DNA of 64,000 nt from Chloroflexota bacterium (GTDB lineage: Bacteria > Chloroflexota > Dehalococcoidia > Lucifugimonadales > UBA3495): NCBI GenBank assembly GCA_028874075.1, contig JAPPLU010000073.1, positions 16,973 through 80,972 on the forward strand, read 5' to 3'. A model generated the notes under the pieces. That model was not told where the DNA came from. It worked only from the letters and a program-made list of their open reading frames with translations, and did no database searches. The translations under genes were made by a program, and so were the position numbers. Shown in pieces: positions 35,399 to 43,520 of this stretch. Each line of letters starts with the position of its first letter. Position 1 is the stretch's first letter.

Positions 35399-35687
35399 AG
35401 TGATTAGTTACCCCATAGATGACGATTTGGCCTTCCCCGTCGCCCCTACCTACAATGAGCCGGTAGCGCCCGGTCAATGTGATGGCATATTTGCCTGCAT
35501 ATTCACCATGTAAAGGGTGCATTCTAAATGAGCTGAAGTTAAACAACTCTCGAAAGGATCGAGTCCGCAGGATTCGGCCGACGCGGTCCGTGTAACTCCG
35601 GGCCACTACCGGGCCCCACTCACGGGTAGCTTCCCGACGACTAGTAAAGCATTGTTCCAGCCTGCCCGTGCTGAACACTACTTCCAT
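35388..35687 (-). CDS. higB: HigB-like toxin (plasmid-maintenance killer, RelE/ParE superfamily)
   Basis: 99 aa. FRMHPLHGEYAGKYAITLTGRYRLIV...IVIYGVTNHY resembles HigB. It has the toxin-first gene order typical of higBA. Confidence 0.7.
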   Translation of the reverse strand: MEVVFSTGRLEQCFTSRREATREWGPVVARSYTDRVGRILRTRSFRELFNFSSFRMHPLHGEYAGKYAITLTGRYRLIVGRGDGEGQIVIYGVTNHYDD

Positions 35688-35725
35688 TGTCGTCTATTTA
35701 CGCCCTGGTCGTGAAGTAAAAAGCC

Positions 35726-36289
35726 CTAAACCCCGCTGGCCCCGAAAGTCTCCCGGAACCGGTACAGCGTCATCTCCGGCTCTATGGGCGCCACGGGCAT
35801 GTACTCCGTCTCCTCAATCTTGGCCACGATAAACCAGGGGCCGTCCTGCTCCAGGGCCTCGCAGAACACCGCCTCCAGATCCTCCAGGTTGTCCACCGTA
35901 GTGGTACGGGGAATGCTGCAGCTCTGCGCCACCTGCTCCAGGTCGGTGCCGAAGGCCGTGTGGCTCGACTGGTGGCCCGTCTGGGCCCACTGCTCGTTAT
36001 CCCACACCACCACCACCAGGTTCTTGGGCTGCTCCCTCCCGATGGTGGCAATGGTCCCCAGGTTCATCAGCAGGGAACCGTCCCCGTCCAGCGATACCAC
36101 CTTCTCGTTGGTGGATACGGCCATGCCCAGGGCGATGGACGAACACAGCCCCATGTTTCCGTAGGTATAGAAATTCCGGTCCCGGTGCCCCGCGTGCCAC
36201 AACTCGTCGGTGGTGGGGCCCAGGTTACTTACAATGGGAAGGTTGCCGATGTGGCGCAGCAACATTTGGGTAGCTTCGAACCTAAGCAA
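35726..36289 (-). CDS. TPP-dependent decarboxylase beta subunit (ComE-like), canonical GDG motif
   Basis: 187 aa. VVSLDGDGSLLMNLGTIATIGREQPKNLVVVVWDNEQW is the GDG-x(26)-N TPP/Mg motif. Confidence 0.75.
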   Translation of the reverse strand: MLRFEATQMLLRHIGNLPIVSNLGPTTDELWHAGHRDRNFYTYGNMGLCSSIALGMAVSTNEKVVSLDGDGSLLMNLGTIATIGREQPKNLVVVVWDNEQWAQTGHQSSHTAFGTDLEQVAQSCSIPRTTTVDNLEDLEAVFCEALEQDGPWFIVAKIEETEYMPVAPIEPEMTLYRFRETFGASGV

Positions 36290-36788
36290 GTTTGCCTCCG
36301 TGCAGCAGTTGGGTCATGCAGATGGCGACGGGCTGGCGGTTGGCGTGGCACAGCTTCAGCGCCCCATCTACTATCTTCTCCATGTTGTACTCGTCCTCCA
36401 GGGTAAAGTGCACCAGCCCGAAGGTGTCCAGTATGGGACGGGTAGCCCGGCCCATGGGCACCTGGGCAATGTTGAACTCCCCTGGCCCGCCCCGCAGGTT
36501 CAGGAAAATCGGTATGGGCGTGCGGGCCGGTATGCACAGGCTGGCGATAGCATTGATGCTGTTGCCGAACCCGCTGGACTGCATGAACACCGCCGAGTTC
36601 CGCCCCGTTGCGTATCCGCCCACCGCCACGCCGATGGCCTCCTCCTCCCTCGTCGCCGAAACCAGGTGAAAGTAGGGGTCGTCGTCTATCAGGGTGGTAA
36701 CCCGGTCAATGGAAATATCGGGCACGTATGCCACCAGTGAGGTGTCCCACTTCTTCAGTGAGTCAACGATAATATCGTTCCACGCCAT
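36282..36788 (-). CDS. TPP-dependent decarboxylase alpha subunit (ComD-like)
   Basis: 168 aa. VAYVPDISID...VSATREEEAIGVAVGG...AVFMQSSGFGNS is the pyrimidine-binding half with the catalytic Glu. It overlaps the beta gene by 8 nt. Confidence 0.75.
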   Translation of the reverse strand: MAWNDIIVDSLKKWDTSLVAYVPDISIDRVTTLIDDDPYFHLVSATREEEAIGVAVGGYATGRNSAVFMQSSGFGNSINAIASLCIPARTPIPIFLNLRGGPGEFNIAQVPMGRATRPILDTFGLVHFTLEDEYNMEKIVDGALKLCHANRQPVAICMTQLLHGGKLA

Positions 36789-36942
36789 AGCTGTTTCCTG
36801 TCTCCCAAGCCCCGATTTGTACCTGAAAAGGGCATTGCTAAATTATCAGCAATGGTGCCTAAAGTCAAAAACGGTCTCATATAAGGATGTATCGGATGGC
36901 AGATAAGGAAAACCGGCAGCATCCTGTATATCCTGTGTATCC

Positions 36943-37614
36943 GTGTTAATATTCCTGCAGCCTGAACCCCTGAGAGGTGCCGCCTTGCAGATAGACCCCA
37001 ACACCTTTGAGCATAACTTCTACCGCGTCCTCACCGGCGTGGTCGTCCCTCGGCCCATCGCTTTTGTCTCCACTATTTCCGCCGACGGCATCGTAAACCT
37101 GGCGCCCTTCTCCTTCTTCAACGCCGTCGCGTCAGACCCGCCCACCATCGTCTTCTCCTCATCCCGCCGCGCCGGTTCCAAGGCCAAGGACACCCTCGCC
37201 AACGTCGAAGAAACGGGCGAGTTCGTGGTCAACGTGGTGGTGGACGACATTGCCGAGGCCATGAACAAAACGGCTGCCGAGTTCCCCGTGGAGGTCAACG
37301 AGTTCGATATAGCCGGCCTGACCGAGGCCCCTTCGGTGAAGGTGAAGGTGCCCCGGGTATCCGAGTCCCCGGTCAACATGGAGTGTCGCCTGAAGCAGGT
37401 GGTGGACCTGGGCAGGGACCCCGCAACGGGACACGGCCTCGTCATCGGCGAGGTCATCTACATGCACATCCGCGACGACCTGATTAACGGCCACCGCATC
37501 AACCACCAATTGCTGAAGCCCACCGGCCGTCTGGCCGGCAGCATGTACTGCCACACCGACGATGTCTTCGAGATGGTGCGCCCCGTTTACGAGGAACAGG
37601 AACAGAGGGTATAG
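36943..37614 (+). CDS. flavin reductase family protein (FMN-binding split barrel)
   Basis: 223 aa. FYRVLTGVVVPRPIAFVSTISADGIVNLAPFSFFNAVASDPPTIVFS is the Flavin_Reduct signature. The exact start is uncertain. Confidence 0.8.
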   Translation: MLIFLQPEPLRGAALQIDPNTFEHNFYRVLTGVVVPRPIAFVSTISADGIVNLAPFSFFNAVASDPPTIVFSSSRRAGSKAKDTLANVEETGEFVVNVVVDDIAEAMNKTAAEFPVEVNEFDIAGLTEAPSVKVKVPRVSESPVNMECRLKQVVDLGRDPATGHGLVIGEVIYMHIRDDLINGHRINHQLLKPTGRLAGSMYCHTDDVFEMVRPVYEEQEQRV

Positions 37615-37654
37615 CTAAAGTCTGGGAAAGGCAAAACTGGACAAGAAGAGCAGG

Positions 37655-38395
37655 TCAGTAGAAGCTCCGGCCGCCCGGCTCCTGGGGTTTCTCCTGGTCT
37701 TCCGGCGCCGCCTCTGCCGCAGGCTCAACGTCCTCCGGGAACTCGGAAACCTCCGCCACCGGCTCTTCCTCCGGCGAAGCCTGTGCCTCTCCGCTTTCTT
37801 CCGGGAGAGAGTCCTCCGGCCCGACCTCTTCGGCCGGCGCGGCTGCCGGTTCTGCGTCAGCCTCGGCGTCCACCATTTCCACCGGTTCGCCTTCAACCAC
37901 CGTTAGGGGATGCCGCCCAGACAACTCGTAGGAAATATCCTCATCCGGATGGGCGGCCCGGTAGGCGTTCAGGGCCGTTTCAAGCTGGTCATAGAAGGTC
38001 TCCGGGTCTCTTACCCTGATGGACTGGCGCCGGCCCCGGATAGGCCGAATGCGCAGCTGGTCAATGGACACCGGCGACCCCATTTCCACCACCGCAATGT
38101 TACTGAAGTGTATGGTCTTCACCCGGGGCTTGCCGTATGCCACGCACACCGCATCGTTATAGACCATGTACTCTTTGGGAGTAAACAGCCAGGTATAGGC
38201 CGTAACCGCCAGGCCCAGGACGATTATCATTTCCGGGTTGCCCGGCGGCGGCAAAATGCCTACTAACCCTGCCAGCCCCCAGCCTGCTATGCCCAGGGCC
38301 AGCACCAGGGTAAGGTTGAACGGCACCCGGTCTTTGGCTGCATACAGGGGCTGGTGCTGCGATTGCTCCATTTTCATTTCCCTTGCCCCGGACAC
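37655..38395 (-). CDS. hypothetical membrane protein (PH-like domain) with an acidic Pro/Glu/Ala-rich tail
   Basis: 246-aa ORF with two TM helices (LTLVLALGIAGWGLAGLVGIL, IIVLGLAVTAYTWLF). A compact domain follows, then a low-complexity tail of about 90 aa. Confidence 0.55.
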   Translation of the reverse strand: MSGAREMKMEQSQHQPLYAAKDRVPFNLTLVLALGIAGWGLAGLVGILPPPGNPEMIIVLGLAVTAYTWLFTPKEYMVYNDAVCVAYGKPRVKTIHFSNIAVVEMGSPVSIDQLRIRPIRGRRQSIRVRDPETFYDQLETALNAYRAAHPDEDISYELSGRHPLTVVEGEPVEMVDAEADAEPAAAPAEEVGPEDSLPEESGEAQASPEEEPVAEVSEFPEDVEPAAEAAPEDQEKPQEPGGRSFY

Positions 38396-38544
38396 AATGT
38401 AAAGCCGCCACCCCAGTCAACGGGCAGCGGATTCCGAAGCTGCACCATTATATACCATCGTGCCCGGCCCTTCTACCGGCCCTTTACCTGCTCGCGGTAA
38501 TCGCCTTTGAAGGGTTTTTCAAGCTCAGGGGCGCACATCACGCG

Positions 38545-38589
38545 GAGCATCTCTGCGAAACTCTCCGCCCTCTGCGCCTCCGCGGTTAA
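38545..38589 (+). repeat. REP-like element, ATCTCTGCGAAACTC family, copy A
   Basis: GAGCATCTCTGCGAAACTCTCCGCCCTCTGCGCCTCCGCGGTTAA. An internal GCGGAG/CTCCGC stem is present. Related copies lie at 40047-40093, 59096-59168 and 60045-60103. Confidence 0.7.
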
Positions 38590-38707
38590 TGGCATCACTG
38601 CAACCTCGTTGCCCTGCCCGAGCTAACAGTCTCCCCACCCCCACCTCTCCCCTCCTGCTAAAATTACCCCATGTAAACCCCACTTCTGCCCGGAGGCAAC
38701 TCCACGC

Positions 38708-39895
38708 TTGGCCCTGCTCTCACGCCTCATCCTTTCAAACTTCCGGAACTTTGCCGCGCTGGACGTGGTCTTGCCCCCTGGCGTGGTCGTGCTGTGCGGG
38801 GCCAACGCCCAGGGCAAGACCACCCTCCTGGAGGCCGTGTACCTCCTGGCCATTGCCCGTTCCTTCCGCGCCGAAAACGAGCGCGAGGTGGTCAACTTCG
38901 CCGCCGCTCAAGACGGCCAGCAGGCCTTGGTGGGCGCCCACCTGGAACGCGACGACCAGCGCCTCCAGGTGTTCGTCGGCTACTCCTGCAGCACCCCCTC
39001 GACCGTCCCCCAGGCAGACGGCGGCAGGAGAGGCCTCAACTACTCCGTCCGCAAGGAAATCCGGGTCAACCGTGTCCGGCGCACCGCCGCCGACCTGGTA
39101 GGAACGGTGGGCGCCGTCCTCTTCAACGCTGATGACATCCAGCTTGTCCAGGGCCCCCCCGCGGGCCGCCGCCGTTACCTGGACATCCTAATTTCCCAGG
39201 GCGACCCCCTCTACCTCAAGGCCCTCCAGCGTTACACCCAGGTGGTGCGCCAGCGGAACCGATTGCTGCGCCTGTTGCGCGAGGGCCGGGCCGAAAGTAC
39301 TGAGCTGGAGTTCTGGGACGACCGCCTGGTCAGTGAGGGCGCGTGGTTAAGCTGGCAGCGTACTCAGGCGCTAAACCTGCTGGCCGGGCTGTGCGCCGAC
39401 CACCACCGGAACCTCAGCAGCCCCGGCGAACTGCTGACCTTGGAACACCTGCCCAGCATACCCTTCGGCCAGGATCTGGAGGCCACCGCCGGCCACTTTC
39501 GCCAGGCCCTGGCCGGACAGAAAGCCCGGGAACTGGCCACCGCCAGCACCGCCGTCGGACCCCATCGTGACGACTTCAAGCTGCTGGTGGACGGCGTGGA
39601 TATGGGTACATTCGCTTCCCGAGGCCAGGCCCGGACCATCGCCCTCACCCTGCGCCTGGCCGAGGCTTCCTACTTGTCCCAGGTGCGCCAGGACGAACCC
39701 GTGGTCCTGCTGGACGACGTTCTATCCGAAATGGACGAAGACCGCCGCCGCCGGGTGCTGGAAAAAGTCTCCGGCTACGGTCAGTCCCTCATAACCACCA
39801 CCGACCTAGACCTGGTACGACCCTACTTCGGCAACAGCGCCACCTACCTGCTCGTGTCCGAAGGCGCCGTCACCCCCCTTGCGCCCGAATCCTAG
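38708..39895 (+). CDS. recF: DNA replication and repair protein RecF
   Basis: 395 aa with a TTG start. LILSNFRNF...GANAQGKTTLLEAV is the Walker A region, and LLDDVLSEMD is Walker B with the signature region. Confidence 0.9.
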   Translation: MALLSRLILSNFRNFAALDVVLPPGVVVLCGANAQGKTTLLEAVYLLAIARSFRAENEREVVNFAAAQDGQQALVGAHLERDDQRLQVFVGYSCSTPSTVPQADGGRRGLNYSVRKEIRVNRVRRTAADLVGTVGAVLFNADDIQLVQGPPAGRRRYLDILISQGDPLYLKALQRYTQVVRQRNRLLRLLREGRAESTELEFWDDRLVSEGAWLSWQRTQALNLLAGLCADHHRNLSSPGELLTLEHLPSIPFGQDLEATAGHFRQALAGQKARELATASTAVGPHRDDFKLLVDGVDMGTFASRGQARTIALTLRLAEASYLSQVRQDEPVVLLDDVLSEMDEDRRRRVLEKVSGYGQSLITTTDLDLVRPYFGNSATYLLVSEGAVTPLAPES

Positions 39896-40046
39896 GTGCG
39901 CGCGGCATTGCGCCACCCCATCGACCGACCATCCACGCCCCAAAATTACTGACGCCACCCCCTTGCCAGCCCGCGTAACGCCCCTCCACCATAAGGAAAT
40001 GGGCTAATCGCCGTTTACCCCGGGTCTACAGGAGGCTGGCGGCGCA

Positions 40047-40093
40047 CAGAGTATCTCTGCGAAACTCCGCGTTCTCTGTGTCTCTGCGGTTAA
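40047..40093 (+). repeat. REP-like element, ATCTCTGCGAAACTC family, copy B
   Basis: CACAGAGTATCTCTGCGAAACTCCGCGTTCTCTGTGTCTCTGCGGTTAA. It has a CACAGAG/CTCTGTG stem. Confidence 0.7.
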
Positions 40094-40242
40094 AGGCGCC
40101 CTGAAATGCGATAGCGCCGCCTCAGAATCTATTCCCCCTTGGCGGGGCCGTAAGGATAGGGCGGCAGGTCTGGGCCAAGAAATGGGCCAAAATGAGACGG
40201 AATGGGACACTTGTCAAAAATTCGCACCTTCCTGCCCGCTCC

Positions 40243-40440
40243 TCCTGGGCCCGGGAGATGATTAATCCCAATGGCCCAAAACGGCCCAAAACGGCCCAAA
40301 GTGGCCCGGGAAAAGCGAGAACACAGATAGGACATCCAGCGAGTCCGGGCCACAATTCGGCCCGTTTCACCGCTGCCAGTCCCCGCTCCCAAATACGAAA
40401 CGGCCCAAATCGGCCCAAAATGGCGCAGAAATCAAAAAAT
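40243..40440 (+). repeat. ~200-bp iteron-bearing element, copy 1 (phased GGCCCAAAAC units)
   Basis: 10-bp units lie at 40273-40312 and 40402-40431. The element is the reverse complement of 57862-58062, with identical blocks of 28, 20 and 13 nt. Confidence 0.8.
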
Positions 40441-40621
40441 ATCCTGTCCGGGAATACTCCCGCCCCGCCATGGAGATACTCCTCCTTTCTTGAGGGGTAG
40501 CTCCCATACGGGAAGTCAGCTACCCCGGTGATATAATTTTTCCAGGCAAGAACGCCCTGCCTCCCCAACCTGTTCCTACCGCCGGGGCATTCTGCAGGGG
40601 CAAACACATCGGAGAAAATCA

Positions 40622-41899
40622 ATGCACTTTCTGGATCCCTGGTTGCGCGACTTGGGCCTGGCCACTCAGCTTTGGTTGCCGGCCACGTCCATTTCCATTT
40701 TCATAACCTCGGCGGTATTGACCTTCCTTTTTCACAAGGTCATCTACCCCGTCGTGCTCCGGTTCACCAATTTCACTCCCACCAATCTGGATGTCAGCCT
40801 GGTCCGGGCTTTCCGCCGTCCCCTGACCCTGGGTATCCTGGTGGGTGGGATCTACCTCTCCATCGTCCTTCCTTATGAATACACCCTTACCGTAAGGCAC
40901 TCCATCGATCGGGTCGCCGGCATCGTAGGACTCATTCTGGGCATTCTGGCTGCTTCCGGCATGGTGTCCGCCCTGTTCACCTGGTACTACGATGAAATCG
41001 CGCCTCACACCCCTTCCACCCTGGACGACCGCATCATGCCCATGCTTCGTCGCATTGCCACGGGCCTGGTCTACGCCATGGGCGGGCTGCTGGTGCTCGA
41101 CCTGCTGAACATCAACATCAGCCCCATCCTCGCCAGCCTGGGCTTGGGCGGCCTGGCCGTGGCCCTGGCCCTGCAGCCCACCCTTGCCAACCTTTTCGCT
41201 GGCACCTACGTGATGACCGAGGGCGTAGTGCATTCCGGCGACTACATCGAGCTTGAGAACGGCGTGGCCGGCTACGTCATCGACGTGGGCTGGCGCAGCA
41301 CCCGCCTCCGCACCTGGACCAACAACCTGGTGGTGGTTCCCAATTCCCGTTTCGCCGAGACCATCATCACCAATTACCAGGGCCCCATTCCCGCCGTCAA
41401 CATCTATCTCACCTGCGGCGTCAGCTACGACAGCGACCTGGCCCTGGTGGAGCGGGTGTGCCAGGAGGAGATGGACTCGCTTCTGGAATCCGACCCCCGC
41501 GCCGTCAGGGAGTACGGCGCCTACTTCGCCTACGAGTCCTTCGACGACTCCAACATCACCTTCTACCTCTTCATCCAGGCCCGGGACCGCATCGCCAGTT
41601 TCGAGGTCCAGTCCGAACTGATCCGCATGGTCCACCAACGCTTCCGGGAAGAGGGCATCGTCATCAACTACCCCATGCGTACCATTAACTTTGGCGACGA
41701 AGCCGGCTCCGACATCGACGATACCCCCGGGGCCACCACTCGGCGCACCGGTGGGAGATCGCTGTTTCGGGGCGCCACCCGGCCCTCCCCCGAAACCCAG
41801 CCCGGCCGCGAAGCGCCGGCCTCCAACATAGTTCGCGGCGACGGCGCCGACGGACCCGATGCGCCCGGCCCGGATGCGCCCGGCCCCGATGTCGGGTGA
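40622..41899 (+). CDS. mechanosensitive ion channel family protein (MscS-like)
   Basis: 425 aa with several TM helices. These are followed by LANLFAGTYVMTEGVVHSGDYIELENGVAGYVIDVGWRSTRLRTWTNNLVVVPNS, the MscS beta-domain signature. Confidence 0.85.
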   Translation: MHFLDPWLRDLGLATQLWLPATSISIFITSAVLTFLFHKVIYPVVLRFTNFTPTNLDVSLVRAFRRPLTLGILVGGIYLSIVLPYEYTLTVRHSIDRVAGIVGLILGILAASGMVSALFTWYYDEIAPHTPSTLDDRIMPMLRRIATGLVYAMGGLLVLDLLNINISPILASLGLGGLAVALALQPTLANLFAGTYVMTEGVVHSGDYIELENGVAGYVIDVGWRSTRLRTWTNNLVVVPNSRFAETIITNYQGPIPAVNIYLTCGVSYDSDLALVERVCQEEMDSLLESDPRAVREYGAYFAYESFDDSNITFYLFIQARDRIASFEVQSELIRMVHQRFREEGIVINYPMRTINFGDEAGSDIDDTPGATTRRTGGRSLFRGATRPSPETQPGREAPASNIVRGDGADGPDAPGPDAPGPDVG

Positions 41900-42024
41900 C
41901 CGGAGCCTCTGGCGGCAAAAGCCTGTTTGGCTGCCGGAAAACGCTACTCGCTGGCGTTGGCTGACTGAATTCGTAAAAAATCTGGACTTTGACGAATTAG
42001 GTGTCCGAATGTTGGCTCCAATAG

Positions 42025-42053
42025 TTGACAATTAACGGGAGAAGGATTATCTT
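42025..42053 (+). promoter_or_regulatory. sigma70-type promoter upstream of the Fe-S reductase gene
   Basis: TTGACA (42025-42030), a 17-nt spacer, then TATCTT (42048-42053). This is about 55 nt upstream of ATG 42108. Confidence 0.45.
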
Positions 42054-42107
42054 TCCTAAACGACCATATAGTTGCCTACCTATGAGCTAATTTTTAGGAG
42101 GAGATGT

Positions 42108-43385
42108 ATGCTTAAGATCGGGCACGAGGTAGTCCGTCCGGGCAGGAACCTGGGCGAATCCGAAGTAACCATTCCCATCCCTGAAGAGTTGGAGACCACT
42201 CCCGGCATCCCTATGACCCAGCGCGAAGTTGACTGGTATGCCCGCGAGTATCCGCTGGAATCCATCAACATCACCGAGCGCGCTTCCCGCGACTGGGCCA
42301 ACTCCCTCCGCGACCAGCACGCCGAAATGCGCGAGATCCGGAAGGAGCATGAAAAGCTCAACCGGCCCCTGATCATGGCCTGCCGCATGACCGCCGACCT
42401 GGAGCCCACCGCGGAACCCACCGGCGAAGACATCAGCGAAGTGATCAAGACCAAGGCCCGGGAACTGGGTTTCGTCGAAGTCGGTATCACCGCCTTTGAC
42501 CACCGCTACACCTTCCAGAGCAAGAAGGGCAGCACGGTCTATTATCCCCATTTCGTCGCCCTGGCTTACGAGCAGGACTTCGAACCCACCCAGACCATCC
42601 CCAGCGTTGACGCCGAGATCGTGCACTCCAGCACCTACCGGACTGAAGGCGCCGCGGCTCTGGAACTGGGCAACTTCATCCGCAGCCTGGGCTACCACGC
42701 GCAGGTAATGGGCTCCGGCGATTCCGCCGGCCCGTACATCCCCATGCACGTCGCCGCCGGTACCGGCCAGCTGGGCGCTTGCGGCTACCTGCTCACCCCC
42801 CACGTCGGTTCCCGCTGCCGCCTGGTCGGCCTGACCACCGACGCCAACGTCACCTATGACAAGCCCGTGGACTACGGCATCCACGCCTTCTGCCAGGTCT
42901 GCCAGGTCTGCGTGAACCGCTGCCCCGGCCGCGCCCTCATGCGCGACAAGATCTGGTGGCGGGGAATTGAGAAGAACAAGCTCTACTTCAAGCGCTGCCG
43001 CCCCGTCATGGCCCGCTACCTGGGCTGCGGCATCTGCATGAAGGTCTGCCCCATCCAGAAGTACGGCCTGAAGAACGTCATGGACCACTATGCCGAGACC
43101 GGCCAGGTACTGGGCAAGGGCACCCACGACCTCGAAGGTTACACCCTGGAAGGCAAGGGCTACTTCGGCCCCGGCGAAATGCCCGTCTTCGACGCCAACT
43201 TCTTCGATATGCCTCACGGCGGCACCGACGAGCACGCCTTCGAGAACTTCAAGAAGCAGGCTCTGGCCACCGGCGGCGATGTCAGCGACGATATGCTGGC
43301 TGAGCTGAGAGACGGCATTCTCAAGTCCATCTTCCAGGCCACCGACAACGTCGGCATGATGGACGAGGACGCTGACTACATCTAG
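42108..43385 (+). CDS. RdhA/QueG-superfamily 4Fe-4S reductase (reductive dehalogenase-like or epoxyqueuosine reductase-like), cytoplasmic
   Basis: Track ORF is 42072..43385. I moved the start to ATG 42108, which has an AGGAGGAG RBS. There are two cluster motifs: CQVCQVCVNRCP and C-x9-CGICMKVCP. The N-terminal ARELGFVEVGITAF block is as in QueG/RdhA. No RRxFLK Tat signal is present. Confidence 0.65.
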   Translation: MLKIGHEVVRPGRNLGESEVTIPIPEELETTPGIPMTQREVDWYAREYPLESINITERASRDWANSLRDQHAEMREIRKEHEKLNRPLIMACRMTADLEPTAEPTGEDISEVIKTKARELGFVEVGITAFDHRYTFQSKKGSTVYYPHFVALAYEQDFEPTQTIPSVDAEIVHSSTYRTEGAAALELGNFIRSLGYHAQVMGSGDSAGPYIPMHVAAGTGQLGACGYLLTPHVGSRCRLVGLTTDANVTYDKPVDYGIHAFCQVCQVCVNRCPGRALMRDKIWWRGIEKNKLYFKRCRPVMARYLGCGICMKVCPIQKYGLKNVMDHYAETGQVLGKGTHDLEGYTLEGKGYFGPGEMPVFDANFFDMPHGGTDEHAFENFKKQALATGGDVSDDMLAELRDGILKSIFQATDNVGMMDEDADYI

Positions 43386-43421
43386 TCCCGTCCCCCTGGG
43401 CCATCCCGGCTCCGGTAAAAC

Positions 43422-43463
43422 GAAGGCCAGCATCTTCAAGATGCTGGCCTTCACTCTCTTTGC
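43422..43463. terminator. bidirectional terminator hairpin between convergent genes
   Basis: 13-bp stem GAAGGCCAGCATC / GATGCTGGCCTTC (43422-43453) with a TTCAA loop, followed by ACTCTCTTTG. Confidence 0.6.
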
Positions 43464-43520
43464 TATGTAGGCAGCGACCGTTCGGTGCTGTCCCCCAGGG
43501 CGCCCCGCGATGCCTACAGT

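Noticed and set aside
40273-40431. Possible CRISPR array or minisatellite made of GGCCCAAAAC repeats.
   Set aside because: The units are 10 bp and directly abutting, with no spacers of 25-40 bp. There are only 3-4 units per cluster and no cas genes. This is not CRISPR architecture.
39896-40621. Possible chromosomal origin (oriC), because this long non-coding region directly follows recF.
   Set aside because: I found no cluster of DnaA boxes (TTATCCACA or its complement) and no AT-rich unwinding element. dnaA, dnaN and gyrB are not adjacent, and an inverted second copy of the element lies 17 kb away.
40122-40622. ORFs covering the iteron elements (40122..40622, 40129..40392, 40192..40500, and at the second copy 57810..58043, 57911..58351, 57933..58700).
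   Set aside because: The peptides (GPFWA, NGPKRPK and similar) only reflect the GGCCCAAAAC repeats. The two DNA copies appear to differ by indels that would break the frame, so no reading frame looks conserved between them.
40619-43454. Long minus-strand ORFs 40619..42031 (470 aa) and 42087..43454 (455 aa).
   Set aside because: They are antisense to the MscS-like and Fe-S reductase genes, which carry unmistakable family signatures. The antisense products are Gly/Ala/Val/Asp-rich with no domain features.
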